Assembly (NCBI GenBank): GCA_965216565.1
Contig: OZ244170.1
Coordinates: 1,600,001-1,664,000 of the forward strand
Direction: 5' to 3'
Source: Bythopirellula sp.
Lineage (GTDB): Bacteria > Planctomycetota > Planctomycetia > Pirellulales > Lacipirellulaceae
DNA: 64,000 bases
A model generated the notes under the pieces. The model ran no database searches, was not told where the DNA came from, and was given only the letters and a program-made list of their open reading frames with translations. The translations under genes were made by a program, and so were the position numbers. Below are positions 40,793 through 51,508 of this stretch, piece after piece (position 1 is the stretch's first letter; every line of letters starts with the position of its first letter).

Positions 40793-42540
40793 TTTATTTC
40801 CCAGGCATCGACGTCGAGCTCGACGAATATCTCACCGCCATGCGAAACGGTAAGTCGCCGCGGCAATTGCTTACCCTTCACTTCCACATAGTCGGCTAGT
40901 CGCAGAACGCAAGGATCAAGATAATCTGCTGGAAATAGATCGATGCCCATAAGCTCGCCCGTTTCCAGCGAAAAGAGAAAGTGCGTCAGCATGCCGTCAT
41001 AATTGCCAACCAGACAATCGACTAACTCGCCATCCGCGCCACTCGGCAATCGTCCTAGATAGTAAGTCTCGCCAAACTTACTTAGCCCCTTCTCGAGCAG
41101 ACGCTGCCACAAATGCAATGTCAGCAAAAACCCTCCAGATCCCGGCGGGCTCAACTGCGAACTAAGATCACCCCGAAAGCTAGTCCTATAATTGCCATAG
41201 GGTAGCCGCAAAGAAGCTTCGATTTGACTGAGGTTTAGTGAGAACGGCCTGCCGTCAGCAATCGTGCCAGTGGCGGACCAATCGTAGCCGACTTGCTCGA
41301 GGTGGGCGAGGTTTTGAAACGTGTCCCACAGCGATTTTTGTTTTTCTAAGTTGTACCAGTAATTCGCATAACCACGCCGCGCAATGTATCTCGCAGCAAC
41401 TTCGTCGGGAAGCTTCTGTTCCGCTTTGCGACGCACAAGCTCCTTGCGGGGACCCTGTTTGCGCGGATCGTCCTCGTCTTCTGGCTCCTTTTGGAGGGGA
41501 GGTTCGATCGGCTTTTCGGCTTCCTGCTGGACCAAGTCCCAAAGCTGTGCGCGATCGTGAGCCCCCATCAACCGGACGAATGTTTCAAACAGTTCGCCAT
41601 CACGACGGTAAGTAAGGGGGACAATCCAACCCTTAGGAAAAACACCCAACGCATTTTTTAGTGTGTTAGCCGTGCTAATCGTACGGCCTGCAAACTCGAC
41701 AATCTGATCCCCATATCGAAGGCCACGTCGATAGGCATCGGATGTTTCCAAAATATCGTCTACCAAAACGCGGTCATCTTCCGATGTGGAAACAATCGCC
41801 CCCAAGGTCGCATGATCGACGATTCGACCACTCTCGAGATACCCCAGAAAGCGGTTCACCTGACTAAGAGAAATCGCATAGCCCACTCCTACGTTTACTC
41901 GTCCGCGCTTTTCGAACGAGCAGCGACCATTGATGCCGACTAAGCGCCCGTCGGAGTCGAACAAAGGGCCACCCGAGTTGCCGGGGTTGATGGCGGCATC
42001 GGTCTGAATGCATTCTGCATATTCCAGCAGCGTCCCAGCAGGATATTGATACCGCTTAATGCCGGAGACGATTCCGTAACTTATCGACGGCGTAAAATCG
42101 TCCGCCAAGAGAAACGGATTTCCCGCGGCAAACACCCAGTCGCCTACAGCCACGGTATCACTATCGCCCATTTCAGCCACCGGAAAATCGTAGCGGCCTA
42201 GCAACTGAATGAGTGCGACATCGCCGACCGGATCGATTCCTACAATCACCGCGTCGTAAGTTTCTCCATTGTTCAGTCCACATTTCATCGCTGGGCCACA
42301 TGGTGCGGTAACGTGAAAGTTGGTTAGAGCGTAACCATCAGCAGAGATAAGCACCCCAGAGCCTCCACCTTGACCGGTGCCATCGAAGATAGCGATGGTT
42401 GCTTCCGAGGCCCGTTCAATCGCTGCAATCCGCTGTGCCTCGGCTTCAAGCACAGAACTTGGAACTTCCGCGCCGGCAGAGCATACCGCGAGACAATAGA
42501 TCAACAGAAAGGGCAGGGCGATGGTTTTCAAGTTTTTCAT
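40789..42540 (-). CDS. HtrA/S1C serine protease with PDZ and C-terminal extension
   Basis: Intact triad TNFHV / DVA / INPGNSGGPL; signal peptide. Confidence 0.9.
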   Translation of the reverse strand: MKNLKTIALPFLLIYCLAVCSAGAEVPSSVLEAEAQRIAAIERASEATIAIFDGTGQGGGSGVLISADGYALTNFHVTAPCGPAMKCGLNNGETYDAVIVGIDPVGDVALIQLLGRYDFPVAEMGDSDTVAVGDWVFAAGNPFLLADDFTPSISYGIVSGIKRYQYPAGTLLEYAECIQTDAAINPGNSGGPLFDSDGRLVGINGRCSFEKRGRVNVGVGYAISLSQVNRFLGYLESGRIVDHATLGAIVSTSEDDRVLVDDILETSDAYRRGLRYGDQIVEFAGRTISTANTLKNALGVFPKGWIVPLTYRRDGELFETFVRLMGAHDRAQLWDLVQQEAEKPIEPPLQKEPEDEDDPRKQGPRKELVRRKAEQKLPDEVAARYIARRGYANYWYNLEKQKSLWDTFQNLAHLEQVGYDWSATGTIADGRPFSLNLSQIEASLRLPYGNYRTSFRGDLSSQLSPPGSGGFLLTLHLWQRLLEKGLSKFGETYYLGRLPSGADGELVDCLVGNYDGMLTHFLFSLETGELMGIDLFPADYLDPCVLRLADYVEVKGKQLPRRLTVSHGGEIFVELDVDAWEIK

Positions 42541-43820
42541 TCCTTAATCAACCGAGCTTCCGCCAAGTGGAGTCGATCGCCGTAGTCGAGGTTTTTCCCA
42601 TAGTCGACCGTGATCTGGAGTCGTCTGGCTCGAGAAAGATCGAGCGAGATTTCCTCAGGTTGCCGACTGCCGTCGATTTCGCCTTCCCACAGCTTTGACT
42701 TATCGGCGGAAATCTCCAGCCGCACGTTGCCTTGATCTGCCGATTGCGGATCGATGCCTGCAAAAGCGCGAAACGCAACCGTGCCCTTGGGAATACGATA
42801 AGCGACAGTGGTTCGGCTCCGTAAAGCTAGCCCTTTTTCGTACGGCCGAATTTCGGAAGTCGTGCTTCCTTCCTTTGTAGGCCAGGCCAAAGTCAGACTG
42901 GAACCGGCATACGATTGATCTCGCCGTGGCAATCCATATTGCTGAATCAGTTCCGCTGAATCGGGAATGCCCACCAGTGGTGTCCATCGCTGCTGAAGCG
43001 GCTCTAAGCTACTTAGATAGACGATCTTGCCCGCTGAAAAATCTGCAGCCACGAATTCACTAATTGGTAGCTGCACGCGGAGCCCACAGAGAAGCGTGAC
43101 GCTCAAGTTATTGGAACCATCGTAGCTCATTGACGAGGCCATCAGTTTCGCGCCTGACCGGCTAGTTACAACACAGTTAGCAGTTGGTATCGAATCCTCC
43201 TGCGGATGAAAATACGTAACTGCCGCTAGCTTGGAACGCTTAACGAAGATATCTTCGCCATCCCAATTGAAATTTACCGCGTCCGGTGTGATGTCACCGA
43301 GTACACCCGATAGGTGATCAAATTGCGGTGGATCTCCTTTTTGTACGATCAGCGAATCGTCGGTCGAGTCTTCATTGAGAACATTTTGTAGATAGTTTCG
43401 GGCTTCACTTCCCAGGGGCCTCAGTTCTATCCAAGAAATCTGAGAGGCGAGAACCTGTTCACTAACTAGCTGAAGTGGGCTCTTGATCTTGGCCTTCCGA
43501 TTTAAAACCGCCACAATTTCAACAGGAAGCTGAGAACCATCGGTAAGCCCAACGAAAGTCTGGTTCACTTTGACCCGGGATTCATCCGAGTTCATCTTCA
43601 AGCTGAGTAAGTCGTGTGTGGGAATCGTGATCGCTTGATCGGACTGTTCAATCTGCACCTCCGACGGCGTGCACTTCGTGAGTGTTCCTTCGTGTGTATT
43701 CCCCGAAATGGTGCGCAGCACGACTTGCTGCGCCGCCAGCAACGGCGAGATCACAAATAACGGTGTCATCAATGCAAGGAGCAGGCCGGGCAGATGAACG
43801 AAAAGGATTCTATGGTTCAA
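42537..43820 (-). CDS. Secreted NPCBM/NEW2 domain protein
   Basis: Signal peptide; C-terminal VYLSSL..YEKGL..F.AFAGID..GNV..L.ITVD.G..D. Confidence 0.75.
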   Translation of the reverse strand: MNHRILFVHLPGLLLALMTPLFVISPLLAAQQVVLRTISGNTHEGTLTKCTPSEVQIEQSDQAITIPTHDLLSLKMNSDESRVKVNQTFVGLTDGSQLPVEIVAVLNRKAKIKSPLQLVSEQVLASQISWIELRPLGSEARNYLQNVLNEDSTDDSLIVQKGDPPQFDHLSGVLGDITPDAVNFNWDGEDIFVKRSKLAAVTYFHPQEDSIPTANCVVTSRSGAKLMASSMSYDGSNNLSVTLLCGLRVQLPISEFVAADFSAGKIVYLSSLEPLQQRWTPLVGIPDSAELIQQYGLPRRDQSYAGSSLTLAWPTKEGSTTSEIRPYEKGLALRSRTTVAYRIPKGTVAFRAFAGIDPQSADQGNVRLEISADKSKLWEGEIDGSRQPEEISLDLSRARRLQITVDYGKNLDYGDRLHLAEARLIKE

Positions 43821-43849
43821 AGGTGTTGTCTCGAAATTATCTGTAGTGA

Positions 43850-44914
43850 TTACTTTTCTGGCGTCTTATTATCGTCGGCTAATTCGCGGAAATACTGTTC
43901 GACGAGTTCCCGATAATGGGCCGGGAAGTCACGCCCAATTTGCTGCAATGCTTCCTGCCTCTGTTTGGGAGGCAGATCGCCCCACCCGCTTTTGTTGCCT
44001 ATATCCTTTTGGTCGACCTGCATCGGTGAGTTCATCGAGGGCAACTTACTATCCTGCATAGGCTGGTTACTCTGTTGGGCACCGCTGCTACCCGAGGATG
44101 ACTGTTGTTGTGCTTGTTTTTCCAGTTTATCAATTAACTTATCCAGTGAATCGAGCACTTTGTCCTCTGCCATCTGCACCGTCTTACCAGCCCGTCCGAA
44201 TTCCAAGCGACGCCGGACATCATTCATGCGTCTAGCGATATGGTCCAGCGATTCGTCTTTCAGTCCTTGCAGATCTCGCTCGAGTAGCTGCGCAACGTGT
44301 TGAAACCGCTGAGGCAGCGATTCTTCGTGCTCCATGAGTTGGACCAACAGCGCCCGACTCTTCTCGGGTTCGACCAACTGATGATAAGCCAACGTTCGAT
44401 AGAACAATAAACTGGCGGGATCGACAACATCTGCTGTCTCCAAGCCATCGAGGGTATCAAGCACTTCGTCGTAGAGTCCACGCTGAGCAAGCCAGCGGGC
44501 GTAGTAAAGCGACAAGTTGCTCCGCGCGAATTCGGCCAACTGTTGAAACTCTAGCAATGTGGCGTCAGGCAGAACCGACACATTCTGCTGATGATCGCAA
44601 GCCTCGACAAACCGGGCCACCTTAGGCTCGACTAAGACCAGAGTTTCAATCACTCTGTCGAGCAGTTCGGTACCACTGGAGTCTCGCAGGTCTACTGTAG
44701 GCCAGATGGCTCGTGCGCTCGTGGCGAGTTCCTCGCCGTATTTGCCAGACTCAATCCATTCGAATACTTCGGAACGCACCTCCCCATAAGTGGGAATGTT
44801 CCAAGTAGGTTCAAAAACAATCTCTCCAAACAAGTTGCCCGCACTCAAACAACTGAGTAACAACGCAATCAAGCTGAAACGCAGAGACACAATGGAAAAT
44901 GACGGCCGTACCAT
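43850..44914 (-). CDS. Secreted helical hypothetical protein
   Basis: Signal peptide, TPR-like segment, coiled coil, WGDLPP...P.HYRELVEQYF tail. Confidence 0.7.
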   Translation of the reverse strand: MVRPSFSIVSLRFSLIALLLSCLSAGNLFGEIVFEPTWNIPTYGEVRSEVFEWIESGKYGEELATSARAIWPTVDLRDSSGTELLDRVIETLVLVEPKVARFVEACDHQQNVSVLPDATLLEFQQLAEFARSNLSLYYARWLAQRGLYDEVLDTLDGLETADVVDPASLLFYRTLAYHQLVEPEKSRALLVQLMEHEESLPQRFQHVAQLLERDLQGLKDESLDHIARRMNDVRRRLEFGRAGKTVQMAEDKVLDSLDKLIDKLEKQAQQQSSSGSSGAQQSNQPMQDSKLPSMNSPMQVDQKDIGNKSGWGDLPPKQRQEALQQIGRDFPAHYRELVEQYFRELADDNKTPEK

Positions 44915-44915
44915 A

Positions 44916-46682
44916 TTAGTCGTTGGCCCCCTGATGCAAATCGAGCGTGGCTCGGTAGACGCGCTCTTCGCGCTGGGCCAATTCGTCGAGCGCTTCGAGC
45001 AATTCGGCCTCTAAGGCTTGCTCACCTTCGATCATGTTGCCGTACAATACAGTGCGGCGATTAATGCGGTTTTGCAATGCACGAATCATCCTGAGTTCAG
45101 CCAACTTGTCGACGAGCGACTGTTCAGGGGGTTGTCCGCTACCTTGTTGCGACTGCGACTTCTGATCTCGCAGATCCTTCAATGCTTGTTGAAAAGCAGC
45201 GAGGGTTTCTTCCAGGGCCGCAATAATGTCCTCTTCTAGAGCTTGGGTAATCGCCGCGATCTTCACTTCATTAAGCCGCTCGGCCACGGACTCCATATCT
45301 TGCTTCGCTTGCTCTAACGCTTCGGGAAAAGCCACCGACGTGCCATCCTCCCTCAGGAGTACCAAAGCACGATCGGCCTCGCGAATAATCTGCTTCTCTT
45401 TACGGCTCAGCCGGGCGCTAGCAATAACAAGCTCGTGCGGTTCGACTTGTTCTCGGCGCTGGTGATTCTCTTTCGTCTGCTCATAAACCACAACTTGGGC
45501 GTCGAGCATTTTACGAAAACGGGCTTCTAGGAGCACCAGCATCCGCTCCAGTTCTTCTTCGCGCAATTGTCGGAGTATCTTCTCCAACTCAGCCTTGGCT
45601 TGCTCTAACTCTCGAAGCGCTGCTTCCTGATCTTCTATTGCATCATCATGTTTTGATTCTTTTAGCTTTTCGATGGCCTGTTGCATCCGCTGCTGGGCCT
45701 GCTGCAGACGCTGTGTTGCTCGGTCCGCAGGCTTTTGCGGTGCATCTTGTTGTGAGCTCTTGCCACTTTGAGACTGCCCCGACTGGGATTGGCCAGATTG
45801 AGAATCGCTGGGCTGCGACTCGCTCGATTGAGAGTCACCTTGTTTTGATTCAGATTGTTTGGATTGACTTTGCTCCGACTGGGCAGAATTCTTGGAGGAT
45901 TTCGATTCCGCGCCTGATTCCCCGGTTTGTTTCTCGGACGAATTCGAATCTTTGCTGTCCTGGGAATCTTCCTGACCAGGCTGGCTTTCTTCCGATTGGG
46001 CTTGGTCGGAATCTTTGGAATCGGATTCACCAGATTTAGATCGGCTATCTTTCGAGTTACTCTCCGTCGAGTCCTGGGATTGAGAGGAGTCCGATCCATC
46101 GGAAGAATCTTCCGGGCTTCCTTCGGTACTGCGAATTTCTTCTGAGAGAGAATTTGCTTCTCTGGCGGCTCCAGTTTGGTCGTCAGTGAGTTCCTGCTGA
46201 TCGTCTCTTCCCTCGGTGCGAGACTTAATACCGCTTTGCTTGCGAATGAGCTTTTTCAATTGCGAAAGATACCTGCCGATTCGCTTCCGCTCGGCTTCGA
46301 TCTGAGTATCGCGATCCTCTTGAAGTAGCAGCTCAAGCAACTGTTGCAGCTCCCCCTGCAAGACGTCCTGATCCTTGACTGCTGTGGCTAGCTTTTCTTG
46401 TTGGAGGGCTTTTACAATATTCCCAAAGCGACCGGTGAGGTCTCGCTCACGACTCTTAGAGACAAATTCGCGAAGCAATCTCGCACGCCGGGGCTGAGTC
46501 GACCGAGAAAGTTCCGCCAGCCGGCCTGCCAACAATTCCAGCCGATCGTACTTTTCTGCCAGGCGCTGCTGAGAATCCACAATCGACTTGTCGCTATCTT
46601 GCGTTTGCGCGCAGACAGGCATCGCGCAGGCAATCAGCAACGCCGTGAGAACGAATTTCAGATTGGTTTTGGGATTTGTCAT
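44916..46682 (-). CDS. Exported coiled-coil protein with Ser/Gln-rich linker
   Basis: Signal peptide, heptad-rich helices, low-complexity SQ segment. Confidence 0.7.
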   Translation of the reverse strand: MTNPKTNLKFVLTALLIACAMPVCAQTQDSDKSIVDSQQRLAEKYDRLELLAGRLAELSRSTQPRRARLLREFVSKSRERDLTGRFGNIVKALQQEKLATAVKDQDVLQGELQQLLELLLQEDRDTQIEAERKRIGRYLSQLKKLIRKQSGIKSRTEGRDDQQELTDDQTGAAREANSLSEEIRSTEGSPEDSSDGSDSSQSQDSTESNSKDSRSKSGESDSKDSDQAQSEESQPGQEDSQDSKDSNSSEKQTGESGAESKSSKNSAQSEQSQSKQSESKQGDSQSSESQPSDSQSGQSQSGQSQSGKSSQQDAPQKPADRATQRLQQAQQRMQQAIEKLKESKHDDAIEDQEAALRELEQAKAELEKILRQLREEELERMLVLLEARFRKMLDAQVVVYEQTKENHQRREQVEPHELVIASARLSRKEKQIIREADRALVLLREDGTSVAFPEALEQAKQDMESVAERLNEVKIAAITQALEEDIIAALEETLAAFQQALKDLRDQKSQSQQGSGQPPEQSLVDKLAELRMIRALQNRINRRTVLYGNMIEGEQALEAELLEALDELAQREERVYRATLDLHQGAND

Positions 46683-46801
46683 TTAGGCTAAGCGGAAAAC
46701 ACGAATACGAAACCCATTTCTTAGGTAGGGAGGAATAGGGGGAGGGTTGTACTGCGAGCTCTTTCTTACCTTTCACTGCTCACTCCAAAGCAGTATTTCT
46801 T

Positions 46802-49036
46802 TTATTCTCCAAGAATATCTAGCAACTTCGCGCGTCGTTTCTCTTTGGTTTGGTCATGCAGCTGTTTCTGCTCGCCGACTATACTTCGCAGCAATGCCAC
46901 TAACTCATTATAACTCTCAAGTTCCAGCATTCGATCTAGCACGCGCTTCATGGAGTCGACTATTTCGTCCGACTCCAGGACTGCCCGTTGATAAAGCTCC
47001 TGCTGGCCGGAATTCACCTCAGGTTTATCTACATAGGTCGTTTCTAATAGTTTAGTGGTTTCTTCGAAACTAGGCAGTAGATCTTCGCTAATCTCGCGAA
47101 GCGGTTCCGCAATATTCACCGCCAGACGCTGTTTTAGCTCTTCTGTATCGATGCGGTTATTCACAAGCTCAGTGACGATGCCTTCAAATCCTTCAGCAAC
47201 ACTCAGCGTTTCGTGAGACAGTTGAGCAGCATTTTGCCCGCACCCGCCGACTCGCAATCGATCGCGTTGTATGGCACGGACAGCTTCGGCCTGCAACATT
47301 GAATCGTATTTTCCAATTTCAATACGGTCCAACAACTCCCGCGTTGCTACCATTTTTTCGAAGATTGATTCAAATCGCTGCCGAAGCGTTAGCTCGCGTT
47401 TTTCCAATAGCGATCGCAGTTCCGACTCAGTGACAACATCGAGCAAGTAACGTTGGCTACGTCCTACATGTGCTTGATTCTGCAAATCGTAAAAATCACT
47501 GGCCTGGGCCGAAAGGGCCAATTGCTCGCCCGGCTTGAGGTCGATACGCGGACGGTTGGTGGCCCCGTCAACCTCGGCTAAATCGAGTGACGGAAGCCGA
47601 TCGAACTTTTGCTTGCCTCGGAATTCTCCCGCCACGCTCCAACGATCGGGCGCGGTCGCCCCGATTTGGGTCTCATACCAAATGTCTTGCAGACCGTACT
47701 CGTCAGTGACAACACCTTTCCATGGAATGTTAGCCTGCGGAGTGATCGCTGTGCCGATGCCAGAGAGCCCGACATTTACCTCCGGCGGGGAATCCGGGAC
47801 GACTGCTGCCACCAACCGATAGGGGTCGCGATTTTCGACGCCGTACAGGTCGGTGAGAGTAATCAAGAAGATTCGATCCTCCGCACTTGGCTCAAGCTCG
47901 AATACGGCTTGGGTAGGATCGTTGGAATCCAACTTGGTGAAAATCTCTCGTTGGTTTGTCGGGTCATACACCGACATCGACTGCAGCGGCTTGCTGGAGC
48001 TAACATGGCAAACTGAGAAAGTTCCTTCCAGTATCTCAATGCGATCGGTGGCCGAAATATTCTGTGGAGCAAGATCCAGATAGTCCGGATAAACGAAATC
48101 GAAGACAATCTTTGTTACGCTGGGACGCTCGACAACCTGCAGCCAGAGATCACGAATCCGGTCGTCGCCGCCTACTACGTCTAGCTGCAAGTCGGAATTA
48201 ACACTTTGCAGCGTATAGCGGAACATCTGCGATTCATCCCGACCTGCTATAGCTTCCCCCACTTTAATCATATCGTCCTGGCTACCGCGACCGTCGGGCA
48301 ATCTGTATCGCAAGTCCACTCGCTCTGGTGCTTCATGCTCATCCTCGAGCGATGCAAAGACTTCCAATTCGAAACTATCGTCCTTGGCAACTCGCGCCAC
48401 TTGGCGGCCATCGATTTCTTCGAATCCGGCCACTGAAAGCTGAACCAACCGAGGATAAAGTACCTCGCTCAATTGCAGACGCTGCAGATAGAACGCTAAC
48501 ACTTCGCTCTGTGAACCAACTAGCAGAAATATCAACAGCCAGAGAATCGTAGCTCCAGCCGCTTTCCATGCCAGGGGTTGAGGTCGAAAAATCGGGAGCA
48601 GATCCAGATTGCGAACTCCTTGCTCGGCCTTGGCGGAAGTACGTCGCAATAGCGCCGGATTTGCAGGCAGTTCATGATCGACGTTGCTACCCGCTTCCAC
48701 GGTGGTCACTAGACTTTCGTCGAAGCTGGGATACTTTCGCTCCACGAGTAATGCCAAACTAGTATCTGATATCGACTTGCCCATTCGCGAAAACAAAAAA
48801 CGATACGCGACCGAACCAGTGCCAAGGAGCACAGCTCCCCACAAGATGCCGCGGACTAAGGGACTCGGCTCTAGCAGCCAATCGATTGCCAACCCTAACC
48901 AGAATGCCACGCCAAGTAGCAGAAGAATCGCTGCGATACCTTCCGCCAGCACGTAGAGCCGCAACATCAGCCTGAGTCGGCGGATGGTCCGACGTACGGG
49001 TCGCAAGCTGAGCGGTGAAATACTGGCAGTTGACAT
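46802..49036 (-). CDS. Membrane protein, DUF4175-like (TM, beta-rich domains, coiled coil)
   Basis: Three N-terminal TMs, LALLVERKYP..ESLVT.VE, VPD.PPEV, DEYGL. Confidence 0.65.
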   Translation of the reverse strand: MSTASISPLSLRPVRRTIRRLRLMLRLYVLAEGIAAILLLLGVAFWLGLAIDWLLEPSPLVRGILWGAVLLGTGSVAYRFLFSRMGKSISDTSLALLVERKYPSFDESLVTTVEAGSNVDHELPANPALLRRTSAKAEQGVRNLDLLPIFRPQPLAWKAAGATILWLLIFLLVGSQSEVLAFYLQRLQLSEVLYPRLVQLSVAGFEEIDGRQVARVAKDDSFELEVFASLEDEHEAPERVDLRYRLPDGRGSQDDMIKVGEAIAGRDESQMFRYTLQSVNSDLQLDVVGGDDRIRDLWLQVVERPSVTKIVFDFVYPDYLDLAPQNISATDRIEILEGTFSVCHVSSSKPLQSMSVYDPTNQREIFTKLDSNDPTQAVFELEPSAEDRIFLITLTDLYGVENRDPYRLVAAVVPDSPPEVNVGLSGIGTAITPQANIPWKGVVTDEYGLQDIWYETQIGATAPDRWSVAGEFRGKQKFDRLPSLDLAEVDGATNRPRIDLKPGEQLALSAQASDFYDLQNQAHVGRSQRYLLDVVTESELRSLLEKRELTLRQRFESIFEKMVATRELLDRIEIGKYDSMLQAEAVRAIQRDRLRVGGCGQNAAQLSHETLSVAEGFEGIVTELVNNRIDTEELKQRLAVNIAEPLREISEDLLPSFEETTKLLETTYVDKPEVNSGQQELYQRAVLESDEIVDSMKRVLDRMLELESYNELVALLRSIVGEQKQLHDQTKEKRRAKLLDILGE

Positions 49037-49042
49037 CGTATT

Positions 49043-51508
49043 CTAAGCAAGCCTCGAAAGTCGCCGCAAAAGCCATTCGCAGCTTAACGCGCCGCAAATG
49101 ATGGCTAACAACAATAAGTGGATGCGTCTGGTAAAATCCTTATCAGCCGTTCCGTGCCGTGTAATGATTTCGGCCCGGCTCTCGACCTTGCTGGCGAGCG
49201 AGGCAAGACCCTCAGTCCCTGAGACGGCAGCTAGAATCGAGGGATAGTATTGCCCCTGAGTCTTGGCCGAAATCGATTGCAATAAGGTCACGTTCTGGCG
49301 CGTATTCTCAAACTCCAGATCGGGTGCCTCGGCCTGCACCAATTGCATCAGTGGTTCGCTGGCTGAATCGGGAGGGCTCAAGGTAATGCGATAAGAACCC
49401 TCGCGCCGAACGTCGAATTGTCCGACGAAGTTGCCGGGGCGGTCTTCATCGACCAACAAAACTAACTGCTTGCTCTTACCAAGAGGATCCATCACTCGTG
49501 CAGTCACACGTTCCGCCATAACCGGTTCGCGGCTGGCAGTTGTGAGGCGAGCCCGCACAACAACCTCTTCGCCAATCGAGTACCGCTCCCGCTCGACAAG
49601 CAGCTGCCCCTCTGCAGAACCGCGTAGCAATCGTCCCTGGCTAACGTGGCGAACCAATTTGGTGTAAAGCACTTCAAAGTAGCTGAGGTCAACGCTACGT
49701 AGTCGCCAGATTTCACCACTACCGATGTAAAGGACGCGGCCTCCTCCGTAAAAATGTTCGGCTATGTAAACCGGTCGCTCTTCCGACAAACCTGCGTCAG
49801 GATCGCTATAACGTCCCAAAACTCGCGCTCCAGGCTTGGGGCCTTTGACGGCATAGCACCCGAATATGCCGGCGAAATCTGACCAGGACGATTTGCTCTC
49901 ATTCGCCGAGTCGGCGAGCCATAGAAACTCCGACTGCTCACCTTCGCGCGAGAAATCGATTGGCCAAGGCTGGCTGGAACCATAGAGTCCATCGTCGAGC
50001 AGCGTCAGTCTTCGCTGAAACTCAACCGGGTACAGCGCCTTAATCTTGCTAAGCTCAGGATTCTGGGGCCACACTGAGGTGTGAATCGGACCGGCTACCA
50101 CGATTAATCCGCCTGCTTCCTCGGCTACCCAATTTTCCAACAGTTCAACTTGCGAGGCGTCTAGTAGAGACCAGTCGGGGTCGAACGCCACAATGCAGTC
50201 GTAGTCATAGAGAACCTCTTTATCTTGTGGGAACTCATGTAGTATCTGGTCGGCGTCTTGGGAAATACCCGGCACCGCGGATTGCAACCACACATCGACC
50301 GTTGCATGCGCATCGCGGCGGAGTTGATTACGCAGAAATCGATAATCGCGCGTCGGCCCGCTGGAAATCAGCAGCACTCGAGTTTGTGCTTCGACCACTT
50401 CCAGTTCGGCCTCCCGGTGATTGTCGCCAGCGTATTGGTCGTCGGTGGGAGCTGCCACGCGAAGATCGAGTACGAGTCGCCCCACTTGGGCCGGTTCAAG
50501 ATCAAACTCAATTGGAAGGATCTCGGCATCACTCAGGAACGTGATCTGCTCTCGTCCAATGCGATCCCCCGACTCCTTGGGGGCATCTGCCTCGCGAGCG
50601 AATAGTTCCACCTCGACCGTTCGACCGGCAAAACCCTCGCCATGGATTAAGCCACGCACAGTCGTTCGGTCTTCCGGATAGACGCGCGAAGGCACTTCGA
50701 ACTGTTGGACCCGCAAATTGCGACGCGGCTCTGTCGAACCAAGGCCGACGGTGTGGATAGGCACTTTCTGTTCCGCTGCAACTTCGGCCAGGGCTGCGGG
50801 ATCGAAACCACCGTTGCTACCGCCATCGGAGAAGATCACGATTCCGGCCAGCGGTGCCTGATTGCGCTGCTGCAAAGCCTTATCGATGGCATCCCCCAGC
50901 CGAGTTTCTCTGCCGGTTGGCTCGAACGACTCCTTTAGGTTTGTTGCTTTTGATCCGTTGGGATCTGGCTCGTCGATCTCTCTCTGCTGCTTGAAAGCGG
51001 CAAGTTGATGGGTCTGGGTATCGAAAGTCGCAAGCGATACCGCGTTCCTTTCGCGAAGCGAATCTAAGAATGTCTCATCATTCAAAGATTCGAGAGCAGC
51101 AGCGGCGCGAGTGAGTTTGTTTTGTGTAGACGACGCTTCATCTTCGACCGACATGCTTTGGCTTGTGTCTACAAGAATAATCAGCTGAGAGTCCTTCGTT
51201 TCTTGCCGGTCAATCCGTTTCTCAGGTCCCAGAAAAAATAGAATCGCACCGGCAATTGCAATTAGTCGCAAACCCGGCAGCAGCCATCGTTGCCAAAGCG
51301 AGAGCGCTTGCTGCTCGCGACGATAGATCCAATAGACATAGATTGCCGCCAGGACCGAAATCGCAAAAACCAGCAGCCAAAGATCTCTGGGTTCGTCGAA
51401 ATTGCTGAGGCGACTCCAGTGATAGCTGGTCAGCAGACGCACACCTTCGGCGGCCTCCTGTGTCGCAGGGCTTGTTTGTGCCAAGAGTGTGTACCAAGGT
51501 GAGATCAA
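49043..51508 (-). CDS. Membrane VWA protein with glutamine-amidotransferase-like domain
   Basis: MIDAS DTSQS, FSDG, VHTVG-like strand, GGGRV...WR, C-terminal TM ending EWLLRR. Confidence 0.8.
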   Translation of the reverse strand: MISPWYTLLAQTSPATQEAAEGVRLLTSYHWSRLSNFDEPRDLWLLVFAISVLAAIYVYWIYRREQQALSLWQRWLLPGLRLIAIAGAILFFLGPEKRIDRQETKDSQLIILVDTSQSMSVEDEASSTQNKLTRAAAALESLNDETFLDSLRERNAVSLATFDTQTHQLAAFKQQREIDEPDPNGSKATNLKESFEPTGRETRLGDAIDKALQQRNQAPLAGIVIFSDGGSNGGFDPAALAEVAAEQKVPIHTVGLGSTEPRRNLRVQQFEVPSRVYPEDRTTVRGLIHGEGFAGRTVEVELFAREADAPKESGDRIGREQITFLSDAEILPIEFDLEPAQVGRLVLDLRVAAPTDDQYAGDNHREAELEVVEAQTRVLLISSGPTRDYRFLRNQLRRDAHATVDVWLQSAVPGISQDADQILHEFPQDKEVLYDYDCIVAFDPDWSLLDASQVELLENWVAEEAGGLIVVAGPIHTSVWPQNPELSKIKALYPVEFQRRLTLLDDGLYGSSQPWPIDFSREGEQSEFLWLADSANESKSSWSDFAGIFGCYAVKGPKPGARVLGRYSDPDAGLSEERPVYIAEHFYGGGRVLYIGSGEIWRLRSVDLSYFEVLYTKLVRHVSQGRLLRGSAEGQLLVERERYSIGEEVVVRARLTTASREPVMAERVTARVMDPLGKSKQLVLLVDEDRPGNFVGQFDVRREGSYRITLSPPDSASEPLMQLVQAEAPDLEFENTRQNVTLLQSISAKTQGQYYPSILAAVSGTEGLASLASKVESRAEIITRHGTADKDFTRRIHLLLLAIICGALSCEWLLRRLSRLA

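Noticed and set aside
45740..46130. DNA tandem repeat or array
   Set aside because: Explained by Ser/Gln low-complexity coding sequence
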